Notes under the pieces: generated by a model
Told to the model about the DNA's origin: nothing
The model's input: the letters and a program-made list of their open reading frames with translations, nothing else
Databases searched by the model: none
Made by a program: the position numbers and the translations under genes
Assembly (NCBI GenBank): GCA_973895155.1
Contig: OZ316893.1
Coordinates: 17,709,281-17,773,280 of the forward strand
DNA: 64,000 nucleotides
Source: Marsupella aquatica
Taxonomy: Eukaryota; Plantae; Marchantiophyta
Direction: 5' to 3'
Shown here: piece after piece, positions 36,951 through 48,597 of the stretch
Numbering within the stretch: the first letter of the stretch is position 1
How the letters are laid out: every line of letters starts with the position of its first letter

Positions 36951-39079
36951 ATTTTCTATTAAATTGCAAAGGAATTGTAAGGGGGCACTCCTAGAAGGAG
37001 CGATGACTGTTGAGGGGATCTGATAGAAAGTTTTTGAGGCATCCTCTGATTGATAATGAGGTTGTTCGTGCCTCAAGATTTGTAGATGAGGAGGTTGAAT
37101 CAACATCGAGATCTGAGAGTAGTGAAGTATCTACTAGCGAGGAAAGCACAAAGAATTCAGGTTTCAATAGTTCTATTGATGTTCAGTCAGGATTAGATGA
37201 CTATTGATTTTGTCCAAATCTTCTTGATATTTCCTCATCCTTGTGGATAAATATCACTTTAGAAAGAAGTGGTACTTTTAATGTATTTGAGAATGGAAAA
37301 TTAGTTATGTATCATCTCAAGTCATCTCAATAAAATACTATTGGTACTATTTTGGTTCATAGGGTTTTGGATATGATAGAACAATTTTTGCTAGCGAGGT
37401 TTGCTAGCAACTTTCATGATGGATTGAATAATTGATATTAGTTTTTTTCTGCCAAATAATGAAGTTAAATGTGAGGTTTTGCTTCGCTAGCAATGGCTCT
37501 GTCTCGCTATCAATATATGTTTTTCCTATCTGCTTTCTCCTTTTTACTAACATTGTTAAAAGCCCCCTATATAACTATGTCATGTTTGTGCCGATATTTG
37601 GATTTTGGATATATTCTATTAAATTCCAAAGGAATTGTAAGGGGGCACTCCGAGAGGTAGTATACTCTTCATTGGGTCATTTTCACATAATGTCTGTCAT
37701 TAATGCCAATGACTACAATAAGGGTCATCTTGGTAGTCATATTGGAGGTCATTTGGAGCAATTGACTGCATATGTGGTCATTAATGAAAACACCTCAAAT
37801 TAGGTAATCTTGGTTGTCATACTAGAGGTCAGAAGTACCAAATGACTGGAAATGTGGTCTTTACAAAGGCTATTGGGGGGTTCTCTTTGGAGGTACAAGG
37901 GAGTTCATTGGGTCATTTGTGAATTAAATGGTGCTTCAATTTGAGGACTAAACATGGGGTCACTCACGCTGTCATATTGGAAGCCATTAATGTTGGCATA
38001 TTGGAGGTCCTATTAATTTTTTGTTACCCAACAACTAGTTGTATCCTTAGTCGCCCACCGTACATTGGGTCATTTAGGTGGGGCCCTCTTTAATTTGGAT
38101 ATACCATAACCTTCATTGGGTTATTTTCAAACCAATAATAATTCATTAGTTGCCACACAAATGTGATTTCCACAATTAGTCTAACCATAGTTAAGAGTTA
38201 ATGCATAACAATATCCATGGCTTATGGTGGTCATATATAATACCAGATTGGTTGCACATAGGGAGTTGCAAGTTGGGTGAGAAGTTGGGAGGACATACAT
38301 TTAGGTACCAAAGGTGGAGTCTAATTGTGGTCATACTCAGGTGTCCAAGGAAGGCATATGAGGCAAGGCCACAAGGGGCTCAACTTTTGTGACCAAAGCT
38401 TTCTGGTCACAAACGTATTTAGTTATGGTCTTAAAGTGGATTTAGTGTGAACCATATGTTGAGGTTGAGGTTATGAGGTAGCATGATGAACTTGAAGTTG
38501 GAGTTTAACCCTAAGACTTAATCAGAGCATCTTCAAAGGTTACTATGTCCCCAAAGTTACTATGCGCAATGGGACCTTTGGGGAAGAGCACAAGTCGTGA
38601 AATGTAGGGTTTCTGTGGTTGATCTGCACTTTTTCTTCAGAGGAATGTGTAGTGGCGGTGGGCAATGTGCATGGAGTGTGGGGCGCATTGAGGTCAGTCA
38701 CGTAGAGTTTAGGCAGCTGCCGTGGAGCGCGCACTCCATTTCTTCCCACATTGTATCTGGGTGCTGCGCGCGGTCGGGGGAGTAGGAAACCTTAGGGTCA
38801 GCCGGTAGGACGCGGGAGCTACGACCACGGAGGAGCTCCAATCCATTATAGTGTCGCGCAGCATTGGGCGTTGCAACTATAGGTCTCAAAAAGCTGCAAA
38901 GGGTGACGATGTGCGATCGATGATAAGCACATTGTTGTGAGGATACATTACATTACGAAGGAGCTGCAGGAGGTTACCTCAGCGAAGGGCAACGAGTTGT
39001 GACCGGTGATAACCTGCGGGTGATAAGCTGCGAGGAGTGGGAGGATACATTGGGAAGGAGGTGCGAGCTGTGATCGGGG

Positions 39080-39275
39080 ATAAGCTCCCGATAGTATTGG
39101 AGCTGCGGGAGGTCACAGCAGGCAGGAGGTCACATTGGTGGAGCTGCGGGAGGTCGCATTGGCAGGAGCTGCGGGAGGTTATAGTAGGCAGGAGCTACGG
39201 GAGCTGCGGGATCTGCAGGAGGAGCTGCGGGAGCTACAAGAGGTTACATCAGGGAGGAGTTGCAGGAGCTATGGT
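39080..39275. repeat. GGAGCTGC(G/A)GG micro-repeat cluster
   Basis: About 10 imperfect copies of GGAGCT(G/A)C. Confidence 0.7.
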
Positions 39276-41502
39276 CGATGAGGAGCTGTTGGTCGGTCAA
39301 GAGCTGGAGTTAGGTTTGTGCGCTTCCCTCTCTCTCTCTCTCTCTGACTGCTCGAGTTTTGCAAATAAGGGTTCGGCTGCCAAAGTAAATTAGGAAACAC
39401 CATTTTTCCTGTCTGTCTGTTGATTTCCGACAGTCCCTATCAATTGTTCGATTGTTCACGTTGGTCCCTGTCTTGTTTGTTGGGTTCTAGCATTGCCTAA
39501 ACAGATCCCCCTAGTTCCTGTACAGTTTTAGGTTGTTCATCCTATAGCCACTGTCAAGTCTGCGCCTAGACTTGCTCAATCTTTCAAGTCCATGACTATT
39601 TTCGTTATGCAGCGGAATGTAGCCTCTCAAAATAAATCATTCACACAACTCTAACCGAATTAGCAGTTCAAACTGCCACTCGTCTCCCTGGTTCAACCCA
39701 ATGCACATCAATTGATCAAATCCTCTGCCAATATGTAGAGCACAATCATATATTTGATGAGGCCCCATATTTTGAGAATTGTTGAAAGCAGCCCTTGGTT
39801 TGGGGTTTAGTAGGGAATGAAGATATAAGAGTCGGTTATTGAAGTTTGGTGATCGAGCCTAGTGTCTCAAGAAGAGCGTAAACTATCGCGGGTATTTTAT
39901 AGTATTCCAAACGGTTGGTTCGCTTTGTCATTGACCTCACGGTATACCTATTTTGAAGTTTGGGCCAAGCGCGAGTAGAATTTTACCGCCACTTAGACTC
40001 TATCTACATATATGCGGAGGTTCTCAACCTCGTACACATAGGCACCTGCAGAGCACTAAGCTAACAAACAATACTGGATGTGTAACTCACGTCTCACTGA
40101 TTCTCTCTGGCCAAGTATCATTCTCCGTTTCCATCTCTCCAGTCCACATCCCATTTGGTGAAGTTCATGCAACATATGGCAATGCTTTCGACCTGTGCCT
40201 TAGACCCCAGTGTTAATATACAAGAGGTCTAAGCTGAGTGAGGCATTGAAGTAGAATCACCGGCTATTAATCCTCGCAGAGAGGGACCTGCCCTTGACAG
40301 TACCATAGCCCAGACCTAGTGAAGACCCACTGAATGACGAAAATCTGCGTATGTTGGATCTCTATTGCGCTCTACTTTCTTTCACAGATTTTCTTGTCTC
40401 TGTCCTCTGTGTTCAGCTTGCGGGTGGGTTTTGTCATGATTTGATTGGGTCATTGTTTTGAAGTTGTAGCCGTGGTCAAAAGCTGGTCTATAAAAAACAA
40501 ATTCATGGAGCTCAGGTTGCTACTGTATATAAAGCGCAGCAGGATCCAAAAGTGGAAAACTGTCCCAGCAAATTTAAATTTGTAGCTCTCACTACTTGAA
40601 TATATAAATTTATAGCTCTCACTACTTGAATCCGAATTTCAAGTTAAAAATACATGAACTATTCGCTGCCTTAATTGCTATGTACCATTTGACATTATAT
40701 ATGATGAATGTACTTAAACAATTCACTCTCATTGTGTCAGACAGTTCTCTCCATCACATCCTGTTAATAGCACATTGTTGCATTAGAAAGTTCATTGTAC
40801 TTCTGACTTTCTTATGCGCAGCGAATGGAGCTTAAAACATGAGAAAGCTCACAAGGAGAAAGCTTGTTGAGAGTACAATAACTTACGGTTCTATAACAGA
40901 TGTGTCCAGCACCTTAAGATGTAGAAGGCTTGGGACCTTTGGGGAAGTGTGTGTCACCTTTAATGGTTTGCATGTTGAACTTACAGGTCCGAATCTTGAT
41001 TTGATTTCGCTGCTGAAATTCGTATCTCTTGCCTGAGTCCCAGTTTGCTGGAGTTTTGTTGCTCTCTGTGCTTTTTTGTGCACATTGTTGTGTCAAATGC
41101 TTTGTTTGCCTTGATCGGTCTTAGCTGGCCTGCTGCGCACAAGGCAGGCAATGAAACAAGTCTGCCCATTTTAAAACTTGAGAACCAATGCTTTGCTGAA
41201 ACTCAATTGCTATTTGTTCTGTGTTGCCCTTACAGATTTTAAAAAGGCAGGGTGAGTGAGCACTGTTGGACAGCAGGCGAAGGCATATAGGTTGCAATAT
41301 TTGTGATTGCTTCCAATCATAGGCCAAGGTTATTTGCGCTGCTCAGTCCTAGTGCTTTGCCATCCATAAAGCATTGGTTTATGCTGCACCCTTGTGGTTA
41401 CATGTCATATTTTATGCTGCACCCTCATTCTTTTGTGTCATGCTGAACCCTGTTATTCCTTCTTGTTTCACAATCTGATGTAGGGTCTGAGTGTGCAGGA
41501 CC

Positions 41503-42162
41503 ATGGCTCGCAATAAGCAGAAGGCCATGAATCATTGCAGAGGTGAATCCTCTCAAGCACCTCAATTGTCCTTATATTCAGACATTGAGATTAACCAAAA
41601 TAGCCCACATGTATGTGCGATTTGTGATGAGGGAGGGGATCTCATTGTTTGTGATGGGCCTTGCCACCGACATTTCCATAAGAATGTTTCCTGTCCTTTG
41701 GGTCAGCAATGGCTATGCCCAACTATATCCCTGGCTGATGGCCATGTTGGAGAATGGCTTTGTGTTGACTGCAAGAATGAGGAACATTCTTGCTTTAAGT
41801 GCCATGTGTCTAGAAAAATTGGTGAAGAGGTAAGAAAATGTCCATACCCTCTCTGTGCCCGGTTTTACTGTCGGCAGTGTTTGGTTCCTGGCACAGCATC
41901 ATGTGGACTCCATATTTGTCACACTTGTGGACAGGGGCCCAATGATGGGGCTAATGGCTTTTTGGTTCAGTGCATGAGGTGTCTTAAGGCATGGCACAAG
42001 GACTGCCTGCAGTTTATCCAGCAAAGGGGATTTGCCCATGATCGAACAATTTGGGACCACTCAGCGCATGGGCAGCCCAAGAAGGGGATGTTTTACTGTC
42101 CCGACCATGACATTGATCCTACACTAGGCACTCCTGCCAGAAGCCACATTTCTTGGATTTGA
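41503..42162 (+). CDS. Stand-alone EDM2/NSD-type composite PHD-finger protein (219 aa)
   Basis: Open frame: VCAICDEGGDLIVCDGPCHRHFH..WLCVDCKNEEHSCFKC..EVRKC...CARFY..CGLHICHTC..VQCMRCLKAWHKDCL..W..YCPDHDIDPTLGTPARSHISW. Parallels the Arabidopsis EDM2 PHD block as recalled, including its YC..H.ID..L.TP.R.H tail. Confidence 0.8.
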   Translation: MARNKQKAMNHCRGESSQAPQLSLYSDIEINQNSPHVCAICDEGGDLIVCDGPCHRHFHKNVSCPLGQQWLCPTISLADGHVGEWLCVDCKNEEHSCFKCHVSRKIGEEVRKCPYPLCARFYCRQCLVPGTASCGLHICHTCGQGPNDGANGFLVQCMRCLKAWHKDCLQFIQQRGFAHDRTIWDHSAHGQPKKGMFYCPDHDIDPTLGTPARSHISWI

Positions 42163-42752
42163 TTGAGGCTGGATAGAACACAAACTTGAGATAGATGTTT
42201 TTGATGGTTTCACATGGACTTAAACAATTTTCAGAGTGCTAAAACATGTGGACTATTTATATGCAGTTTGATGAACTCCTCATGTATACACACTCTACGA
42301 CAGTGCATTGCGGATTGAGGCAATTAATTTTGAGAAATCAACTTTACTATCTGGAACCAGGGTAGGATTCCAATTTTCATGCATGTGCTTTGAATGTGAG
42401 ACCTGTCATTGTTGATGTCTAAACTTCACTTGTAAATTTTTCACTGGTGTCACAAACGTCACTCATTCCAGACCTGTCTGCTCACATTCATAAATACTGG
42501 AAATGATGAAGGCATAGAGATTTACGTTCATAGTATCATTCTGATGACACTGTCTGTGATGCTCTATTTGTATGCAAGAAGGAGAAGGTGCCCCAGTACA
42601 GTGGATTTGAGAAACTGGGCTCTATGGGTTTGAGCAATTGGACTGTGGTTGGCATCGGTTGTACAACTATGACGGTAGGCCCAATTTTGTATGCATGTCA
42701 CACTAATTGAGTTTGAAAATCAGAGTTTGAATACAATTTCAATCAAGCTAGC

Positions 42753-44577
42753 ATGGCACAATTGCCACAGAATAGGTTAGGTGTGGGTAGAACTCCAAAG
42801 TTGCCGCTCTTCCATCCAGCTGGAGTACAACATCGTGATGATGCTTTGTGGGTTTGAGAACAGAAGCCCTGCCACAAGAGTGGGGACCATAAGATGTACT
42901 GCCCTTGTGTGAACTGCAAAGGGAATTATAGGACTAATCGGAATACTGCTAGACTGCACCTTATTAAACATGGTCGGTACCCTGCATGTCGAGTGTGGGT
43001 GGGAGAGGGACAGGACTCTTTTGATGAAGAGTGGGGTGCTGACTACATGTCACAACATGCAACCTGTGCACAACAACCAACTGTAGATGTTGAAGAACAT
43101 TTATTTGTAGATGTTCTAGAGTATCCAACTGTGGATGTTCAAGAACATCCAACTATAGATGTCGAAGAACATATCAGGGCTCTACTGGAAGAAACGTTGC
43201 TGAGAACCAGGGAAGAATCCCCTGAGCATGAACTAGATGATCAGGACCGTTTTGACTTGGATTTTGTACTTGGGGATGATGAGAGTGAAGGAGGTGCCCA
43301 TCCTATAAACCCCCTTGAAACCTCTGAAACTCCTGTGGAGACTGATCCTGCATAGTTATCTTTAGATGCAGCAATGCAACCTTTGTTCCCAGGCAGCAAA
43401 ATAGATGTTGTGTCATTCATGTTGCTTCTGCTGAACATCTGTCATGGCCATGGATTCTCAAACAAAGGAGTGAATGCATTGTTGGCTTTGATGGGGGAGC
43501 ATGGTATGCCTGCAGAGCATAATCTGCCCAAGAACTTATATGTTGCAAAGCAGCTATTGAGAAAGCTTGGCTTGGATTATGAGAGAATCCCTGTCTGTGA
43601 GAAAGGTTGCATGCTCTTTAGGGGTGAGTCTGCCAAGTTAGAAAACTGTTCAGTGTGTCAGCAACCGAAGATGAAGAGAGTGGGGAATTCATTACAGGCA
43701 AGGAAGGTGGTGCGGTATTTCCCTATAATTCCCAGGTTGAAGAGATTGTATGCCACTGCTGGTACATCTAAACTCATGACTTGGCATCATGAGAATAGAA
43801 GCACAGACAACATGGTTCGGCACGCAGTAGATTCCAAGGCTTGGAAGCATGTGGATACAAATATTGATACGAAATTTGTAGCTGAACCAAGGAATGTGCG
43901 ATTTGGGTTGGCACTTGATGGGGTGAATCCCTTTGGGAATAATTCCACAGCTTGGTCTACCTGGCCAATCTTGTTGTTGAATTACAATTTACCTCCTTGG
44001 CTTACCACCAAGAAGTTCTTTGTCATGCTAGCTATGCTGATTCCAGGACCTGATTCAGTAACAGAGGAACAGCTAGACATAATATTGGGCCCATTCTATG
44101 AGGAGCTGGAGCTGTTGCGGACGAAAGGAGTGCCCTGCTTTGACAAATTGCCACGCCCAGGATTGTCTCAACACTTCAACCTAAGGGCTGTGCTATTGTG
44201 GACAATCAATGATTACCCTGCATATGGTTTAATATCTGGACAACAACACACTGGATACAAAGGATGTGTCATCTGTGGGCCAAAATGTGTGGCACGTGGT
44301 TCTAAGCACTTGCAGAAATTAGAGTACAGTGGCCACCGTCGATGGTTAGCAGCAAGGCATCTTTTTTGTAGACCAGACAGTGCACAATACTTTGATGGTG
44401 CAATTGAGAGCCGACCTGCACCGTGTAGAATGTCAAGCTCTGATAGAAAGAAGTGGGGAGACGAGACAAAAAAATATTTGAAGAAGGGAGGAACCAAGGT
44501 TGAGGATGAGAGCTGCCCCATAAAGGTGCATGGAGTGAAGAGGGCTACTGGTCTGTACAAGTTGCCCTATTGGAACG
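42753..44577 (+). pseudogene. CACTA/En-Spm Tnp2 transposase, interrupted
   Basis: YCPCVNCKG..ARLHLIKHG (transposase-associated domain); IPVCEKGCMLF, RYFPIIPRLKRLY, EPRNVRFGLALDGVNPF, YNLPPW, LLWTINDYPAYG, HRRWL, LPYW (Transposase_21). In-frame stops at ~42855 and 43353; the C-terminal part is missing after ~44580. Confidence 0.9.
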
Positions 44578-44586
44578 TAAGACTCC

Positions 44587-47500
44587 TGTGATGCCTAGAT
44601 AGGAATCACTCGGCCGGTTAAGTGGGTAAAGCAGGAAGGCACCCTAGGAACACCTTAGTATAGTGACAAAACAAGGAAAATATAAACAATTAGGGGCAAC
44701 CATGGAACCCGGGCAGAGGCCGGAGGTAAGGCTAAGGGTGAAAACCCAATTAGGGTTAGGGCGCGTTAAGCGTCGGCGGCTAGGAAGGATCAACGGGAAG
44801 AAGGACCGGCAGAGGAGAGGGGTAAGGAGCGCTTGCAGGAGATGGTGGCTCATTTGCGAGCACGAACTAGGCAGACGACTACGGGAGGCCAACTACTGTC
44901 AGCTGCTTAGGCAAGCACTCGGGGAGAGAGTAGATACCGACGATCAACCTAAGGAGGGTATGAGCAACATCAATCAAGCGGCACATTTCTGGGGATGCCT
45001 GTTCGAACGGGCAACTGAGTACATCAAGACTTACGAGGACGAGGAGTCAGAAAGGGCAGCTCGAGAACGGCAGGAGCTCGCTCGATTGTGGGAGCTGCAG
45101 AAGACGGCTTTCTTAGGAGGCGAACTCATCAAGGACGAGTTCCTGTGGACGCCTACTTCCAATCAACTCGACGATCTTCTGTTTTGCAAAGACAGCATCG
45201 TCGGCATCCGAGAGGCCATCAAGAACTGCAACGACATACACTGGGAATTAAAGGGTAGCACGGAAAGGTGGACCCAGGCAACGGTGCTAGGAGAAACCTC
45301 CACGGCAGCAGAGATGAAGAGGAAGGGAGCCGTCAACGATGAAGCCACCCCGGCAAAAAGAACAAGGTCGGCGGCACCAAAGAAGCCAGCCGAGCAGCAG
45401 AGCAGGAGGCAGGGAGAAGCCGAAGAGGAGGAGGTCGATCCCATCAAGGCCATTCCAACCAGGGATGACACCTGGAAGGGCTGGGCGGCAACCCTACCGG
45501 TGGAGGTGCAACTACATTTTGCACGGGAGGAGGATGCATGCTTTACGGCCATGCAGACCAAGAAGTACCAAGGCTTCATGGCCGGATCCGGCTTGGAGGC
45601 CTTTGTAAGATTACCATGGCTGAAGCCGGAGGTACCGGAGTCAGACCTATTAGAATTCGTGGGGTCATGGGAACCCGAGACCAATTGCACGAGGATATAT
45701 GGGAAGGATTTCTATCTTACTCCCAAGGTAATTGCCGAAGTGTTTGGCCTGCCGATAGGCAATAAGACCAAAGTTGATACCAGGAAGACCTTGCCTGACA
45801 AGGAGTTCCGGTCGTTCCCCGGGCCATCAACGAAGAATGGCTTCTTCCGGAACACCTGCACCAACCCGCACATAGGAGAGATGATCGACTTCTTGCGGGT
45901 GACCATGCATTGTAACTTACCGAGGGCAGAGATCGGCAAGGCACAGGTCTATCTGGCAGAAAGGCCAGACCCAAGCCGGGACTACAACGGGTACCTCCTC
46001 AACCAATTGAAGAAGATCTTAAAGGAGGAGCAGCAGGTAATCGGCATGGGGAGCGTGTCGCGGCTTGGCTATCACATGCCGCTGTTGTGCCGGTATGCCA
46101 GAAGTCAGACTTTTGCCCCGGTACTTCCCCTGCAGGTAAGGGCACCCGAGGAAGCTCCAACGCCGAGGCCGTTGGCTGAGAAGCCTCAACCACCTGTTAG
46201 TCCTACGATCGAGCAGGTGTTTAGGCCCAGGAAGGAAGACTTGCCAATGCAGCAACCAGGCATGCAGAGTCTGCTGAAACTACTGGAGAAAGAAAAGAAA
46301 TCGGCATCGGCAACAACAACGGCAACGGCAACAATGCAGGACACTACTACAGAGGTAGGCCTACACCGGCTCACAAGAGAAAACCCCTTTGCTGGAGACA
46401 AGGAGAGAATCAGGCCGGAATCCAAGCCAGGTGTTCGAATGTACGTGGGAACCTCAAGCTCCGAATCTGAGGCAGAATTGCCTGAAGCTCCTACCGACGA
46501 AGAGGAGAGGGAGAAGCCGGACGTCCAAGAGGTAGAGGAGGCAGTGGAGGACTGCAGCCATGATAATTCCGGCTATGGGTCGGACCATCACGTTCCAGGA
46601 GTAAGGACCTGTGGCCGGTTTGTCCCCACACTTCCAAGGGTAGTGCGAGGGGACCCCAACCAGCAGAGTAGCCCTGAGTCTCCCCCACCAGATGTTGCTC
46701 CCCCGAGCTTCGACGGCATAAAACAGACGGTGCAGGAATTTCAGGAGCGAATCAAGCAGGAGGAAGAGGCCGCCCTGGCTAAGGAAAAGGATTTACCAGG
46801 AGGAGATTGGCCGGAGGACATCAGGCGGCTAGCCGAAAAAGGAAGCAAACCTCTAGCCACGATTGAAGAGATCCGTAGGACGGCTTGGGAGCAGAGGCCA
46901 CGATGGGCGATGCCGATCACTTCTACTTACTCCACCTACGCTAAGAATAGAGCCATGGAGTATGGTGAGATGTGTGGGGAACTTGCGCTCGGCATCTTTG
47001 GAGAGGAGTTGGAGATAGGACCCTTTTTCCATAGGGAGCAGTTGGAGAAGCACCAATTAGAAGAAGCGGTGGCTTTAGAGAGAAGCAAGAAGGACGAGGT
47101 CATTCGGCGGCTTAGGAGGATGGGAGCCGAGATTGAAGATCTAAGGGCGGCCAAGAAAGCCCAAGATGAACTGCGGATTAAACGACATGAGCTGAACATC
47201 ATGCAGGGGCAGTTGGACACCGCGCAGGCTGATAATCAGAATATCAAGGATAAACTGACTCAGACGCAGGAAGAGTTGGCCGACACGATCAAAGAGAGGG
47301 AGAAGTGGAAGCAAGAACTAAAGAATACAGAGGAGGCCCACATAACAGCCAACAGCCGGGCCATGGCGGAGACCCAAAGAAAGGAATGGGCGTTGAAAGG
47401 GGAGCTCAAGAAAATCCGCGGAGCCCTTGAGCAGAAGGAGGTCGAGTTAGGGAAATCCTATCAAGGGATTATGGCGCTGCAGCAGGAGCTTGCGTCCCTG

Positions 47501-48597
47501 ACGGCCAGCTTCAAGGCCGACCTAAGGGAGAAGGACGAGATGCTCGAACAGACTTACGCCAAGATGAACCAGATGGAGTCTGTCATCATTGCAGAGCTCG
47601 ACAAGGAGCTAAGAGCAACCCAGGAGGAGAGGGCTACCTTGAAGAAGGAATTGGAGGAAGCCCACAGGGAGCAGGAGGAGGCCAAAAACGAGCTGGAGGG
47701 GGCACGTAAGGACCTGGATGAAACCCAAGAGGAGTTGGAGGAAATCACGAGGAAGATGGAGAACCTACAGCGGCGGGCCGACAACCAAACAGAGCGGCTG
47801 AAGAAACAAGCCGCAGTATTTAAATGCTTAGCTGCAGCAGGTCCATCTCCCGTTGGGACAAACCAGTTACCAGGGGTGGTAATTGCCGAAGGACAAGCCG
47901 CGTCAACTGCACCAGTGCCGGAAGTAAGTGGGAAGGGGAAGGGACCAGCTGCCGAGCCACCAACGAAGAAGAAGCGGAAACCTCCAGGGTCAAGGAGTAA
48001 TACGACTTCACAGGCCGTGGTGATCAAGGAGGTAGACCCAGCACCGACCCCAGACAGGGTCACGGCTAAGGATCCAACTACCCTAGGGGAAGGGGAGGCC
48101 GAAGCCGTGGGAGTGGCTGAGGCCGAAGCCGTGGGTATTGCCGAGGCCGGTGTCGAGGTTGAAGCCGAAGGTGGACCCAGTCAGGCCGATGGAGAGTTGA
48201 CTCGGTCAAGGGCAGGTAATCTGTCAGTAGGCGGGCCAACGGCAGTGGCTGAGGAGGAAGTGTTGGGGGCGTCCATTGAGGATCCACCACCGGTGTCGTG
48301 ACGGTGCAAGGGCGCCGTTCCTTTTAGGGAGGGCGGACGTGGAGGGAGGAGGCGTGAGTGGGCAGGGCGGGCGCGGATCTCCACGTTTAGGATTAGGATC
48401 AGAACCAGGAGCGGCCCTGACACTTAGCTTAGTGGGATTGCGGTCCCACTGGTAGGAGCAACACTTGTGCTCCTGCCTTGCTGTACATAGGTAGATTCGG
48501 GCAAGTAGATTACTGTCAGGTAGATTAGGCTTACGATGCAAAGAATGGCGGATCCACTACCAGGATAAGTACCTGGGCAGCGGGGAGCTCAGGGCCT
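44587..48597 (+). mobile_element. Putative gene-bearing LTR (element A) inserted in the CACTA transposase
   Basis: Composition shifts at TGTGATGCC (44587) where Tnp2 homology ends; contains one long ORF; cut by element B at 48598. Its other end is not identifiable. Confidence 0.5.
44702..48301 (+). CDS. ~1199-aa transposon accessory protein: PMD/Transposase_32-like domain + long coiled coil + basic NLS-like motif
   Basis: Uninterrupted frame (track start 44663 GTG, first ATG 44702). GLEAFVRLPW...LLEFVGSWEPETNCTRIYGKDFYLTPKVIAEVFGLPIG resembles the plant-mobile-domain W.PET..G...IT..V..LGLP signature. E/K/L-rich heptads ~47050-47820; PPTKKKRK. Confidence 0.8.
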   Translation: MEPGQRPEVRLRVKTQLGLGRVKRRRLGRINGKKDRQRRGVRSACRRWWLICEHELGRRLREANYCQLLRQALGERVDTDDQPKEGMSNINQAAHFWGCLFERATEYIKTYEDEESERAARERQELARLWELQKTAFLGGELIKDEFLWTPTSNQLDDLLFCKDSIVGIREAIKNCNDIHWELKGSTERWTQATVLGETSTAAEMKRKGAVNDEATPAKRTRSAAPKKPAEQQSRRQGEAEEEEVDPIKAIPTRDDTWKGWAATLPVEVQLHFAREEDACFTAMQTKKYQGFMAGSGLEAFVRLPWLKPEVPESDLLEFVGSWEPETNCTRIYGKDFYLTPKVIAEVFGLPIGNKTKVDTRKTLPDKEFRSFPGPSTKNGFFRNTCTNPHIGEMIDFLRVTMHCNLPRAEIGKAQVYLAERPDPSRDYNGYLLNQLKKILKEEQQVIGMGSVSRLGYHMPLLCRYARSQTFAPVLPLQVRAPEEAPTPRPLAEKPQPPVSPTIEQVFRPRKEDLPMQQPGMQSLLKLLEKEKKSASATTTATATMQDTTTEVGLHRLTRENPFAGDKERIRPESKPGVRMYVGTSSSESEAELPEAPTDEEEREKPDVQEVEEAVEDCSHDNSGYGSDHHVPGVRTCGRFVPTLPRVVRGDPNQQSSPESPPPDVAPPSFDGIKQTVQEFQERIKQEEEAALAKEKDLPGGDWPEDIRRLAEKGSKPLATIEEIRRTAWEQRPRWAMPITSTYSTYAKNRAMEYGEMCGELALGIFGEELEIGPFFHREQLEKHQLEEAVALERSKKDEVIRRLRRMGAEIEDLRAAKKAQDELRIKRHELNIMQGQLDTAQADNQNIKDKLTQTQEELADTIKEREKWKQELKNTEEAHITANSRAMAETQRKEWALKGELKKIRGALEQKEVELGKSYQGIMALQQELASLTASFKADLREKDEMLEQTYAKMNQMESVIIAELDKELRATQEERATLKKELEEAHREQEEAKNELEGARKDLDETQEELEEITRKMENLQRRADNQTERLKKQAAVFKCLAAAGPSPVGTNQLPGVVIAEGQAASTAPVPEVSGKGKGPAAEPPTKKKRKPPGSRSNTTSQAVVIKEVDPAPTPDRVTAKDPTTLGEGEAEAVGVAEAEAVGIAEAGVEVEAEGGPSQADGELTRSRAGNLSVGGPTAVAEEEVLGASIEDPPPVS

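Noticed and set aside
33262-37106. ORFs within the 575-bp array
   Set aside because: Frames are not conserved between units and show no domain.
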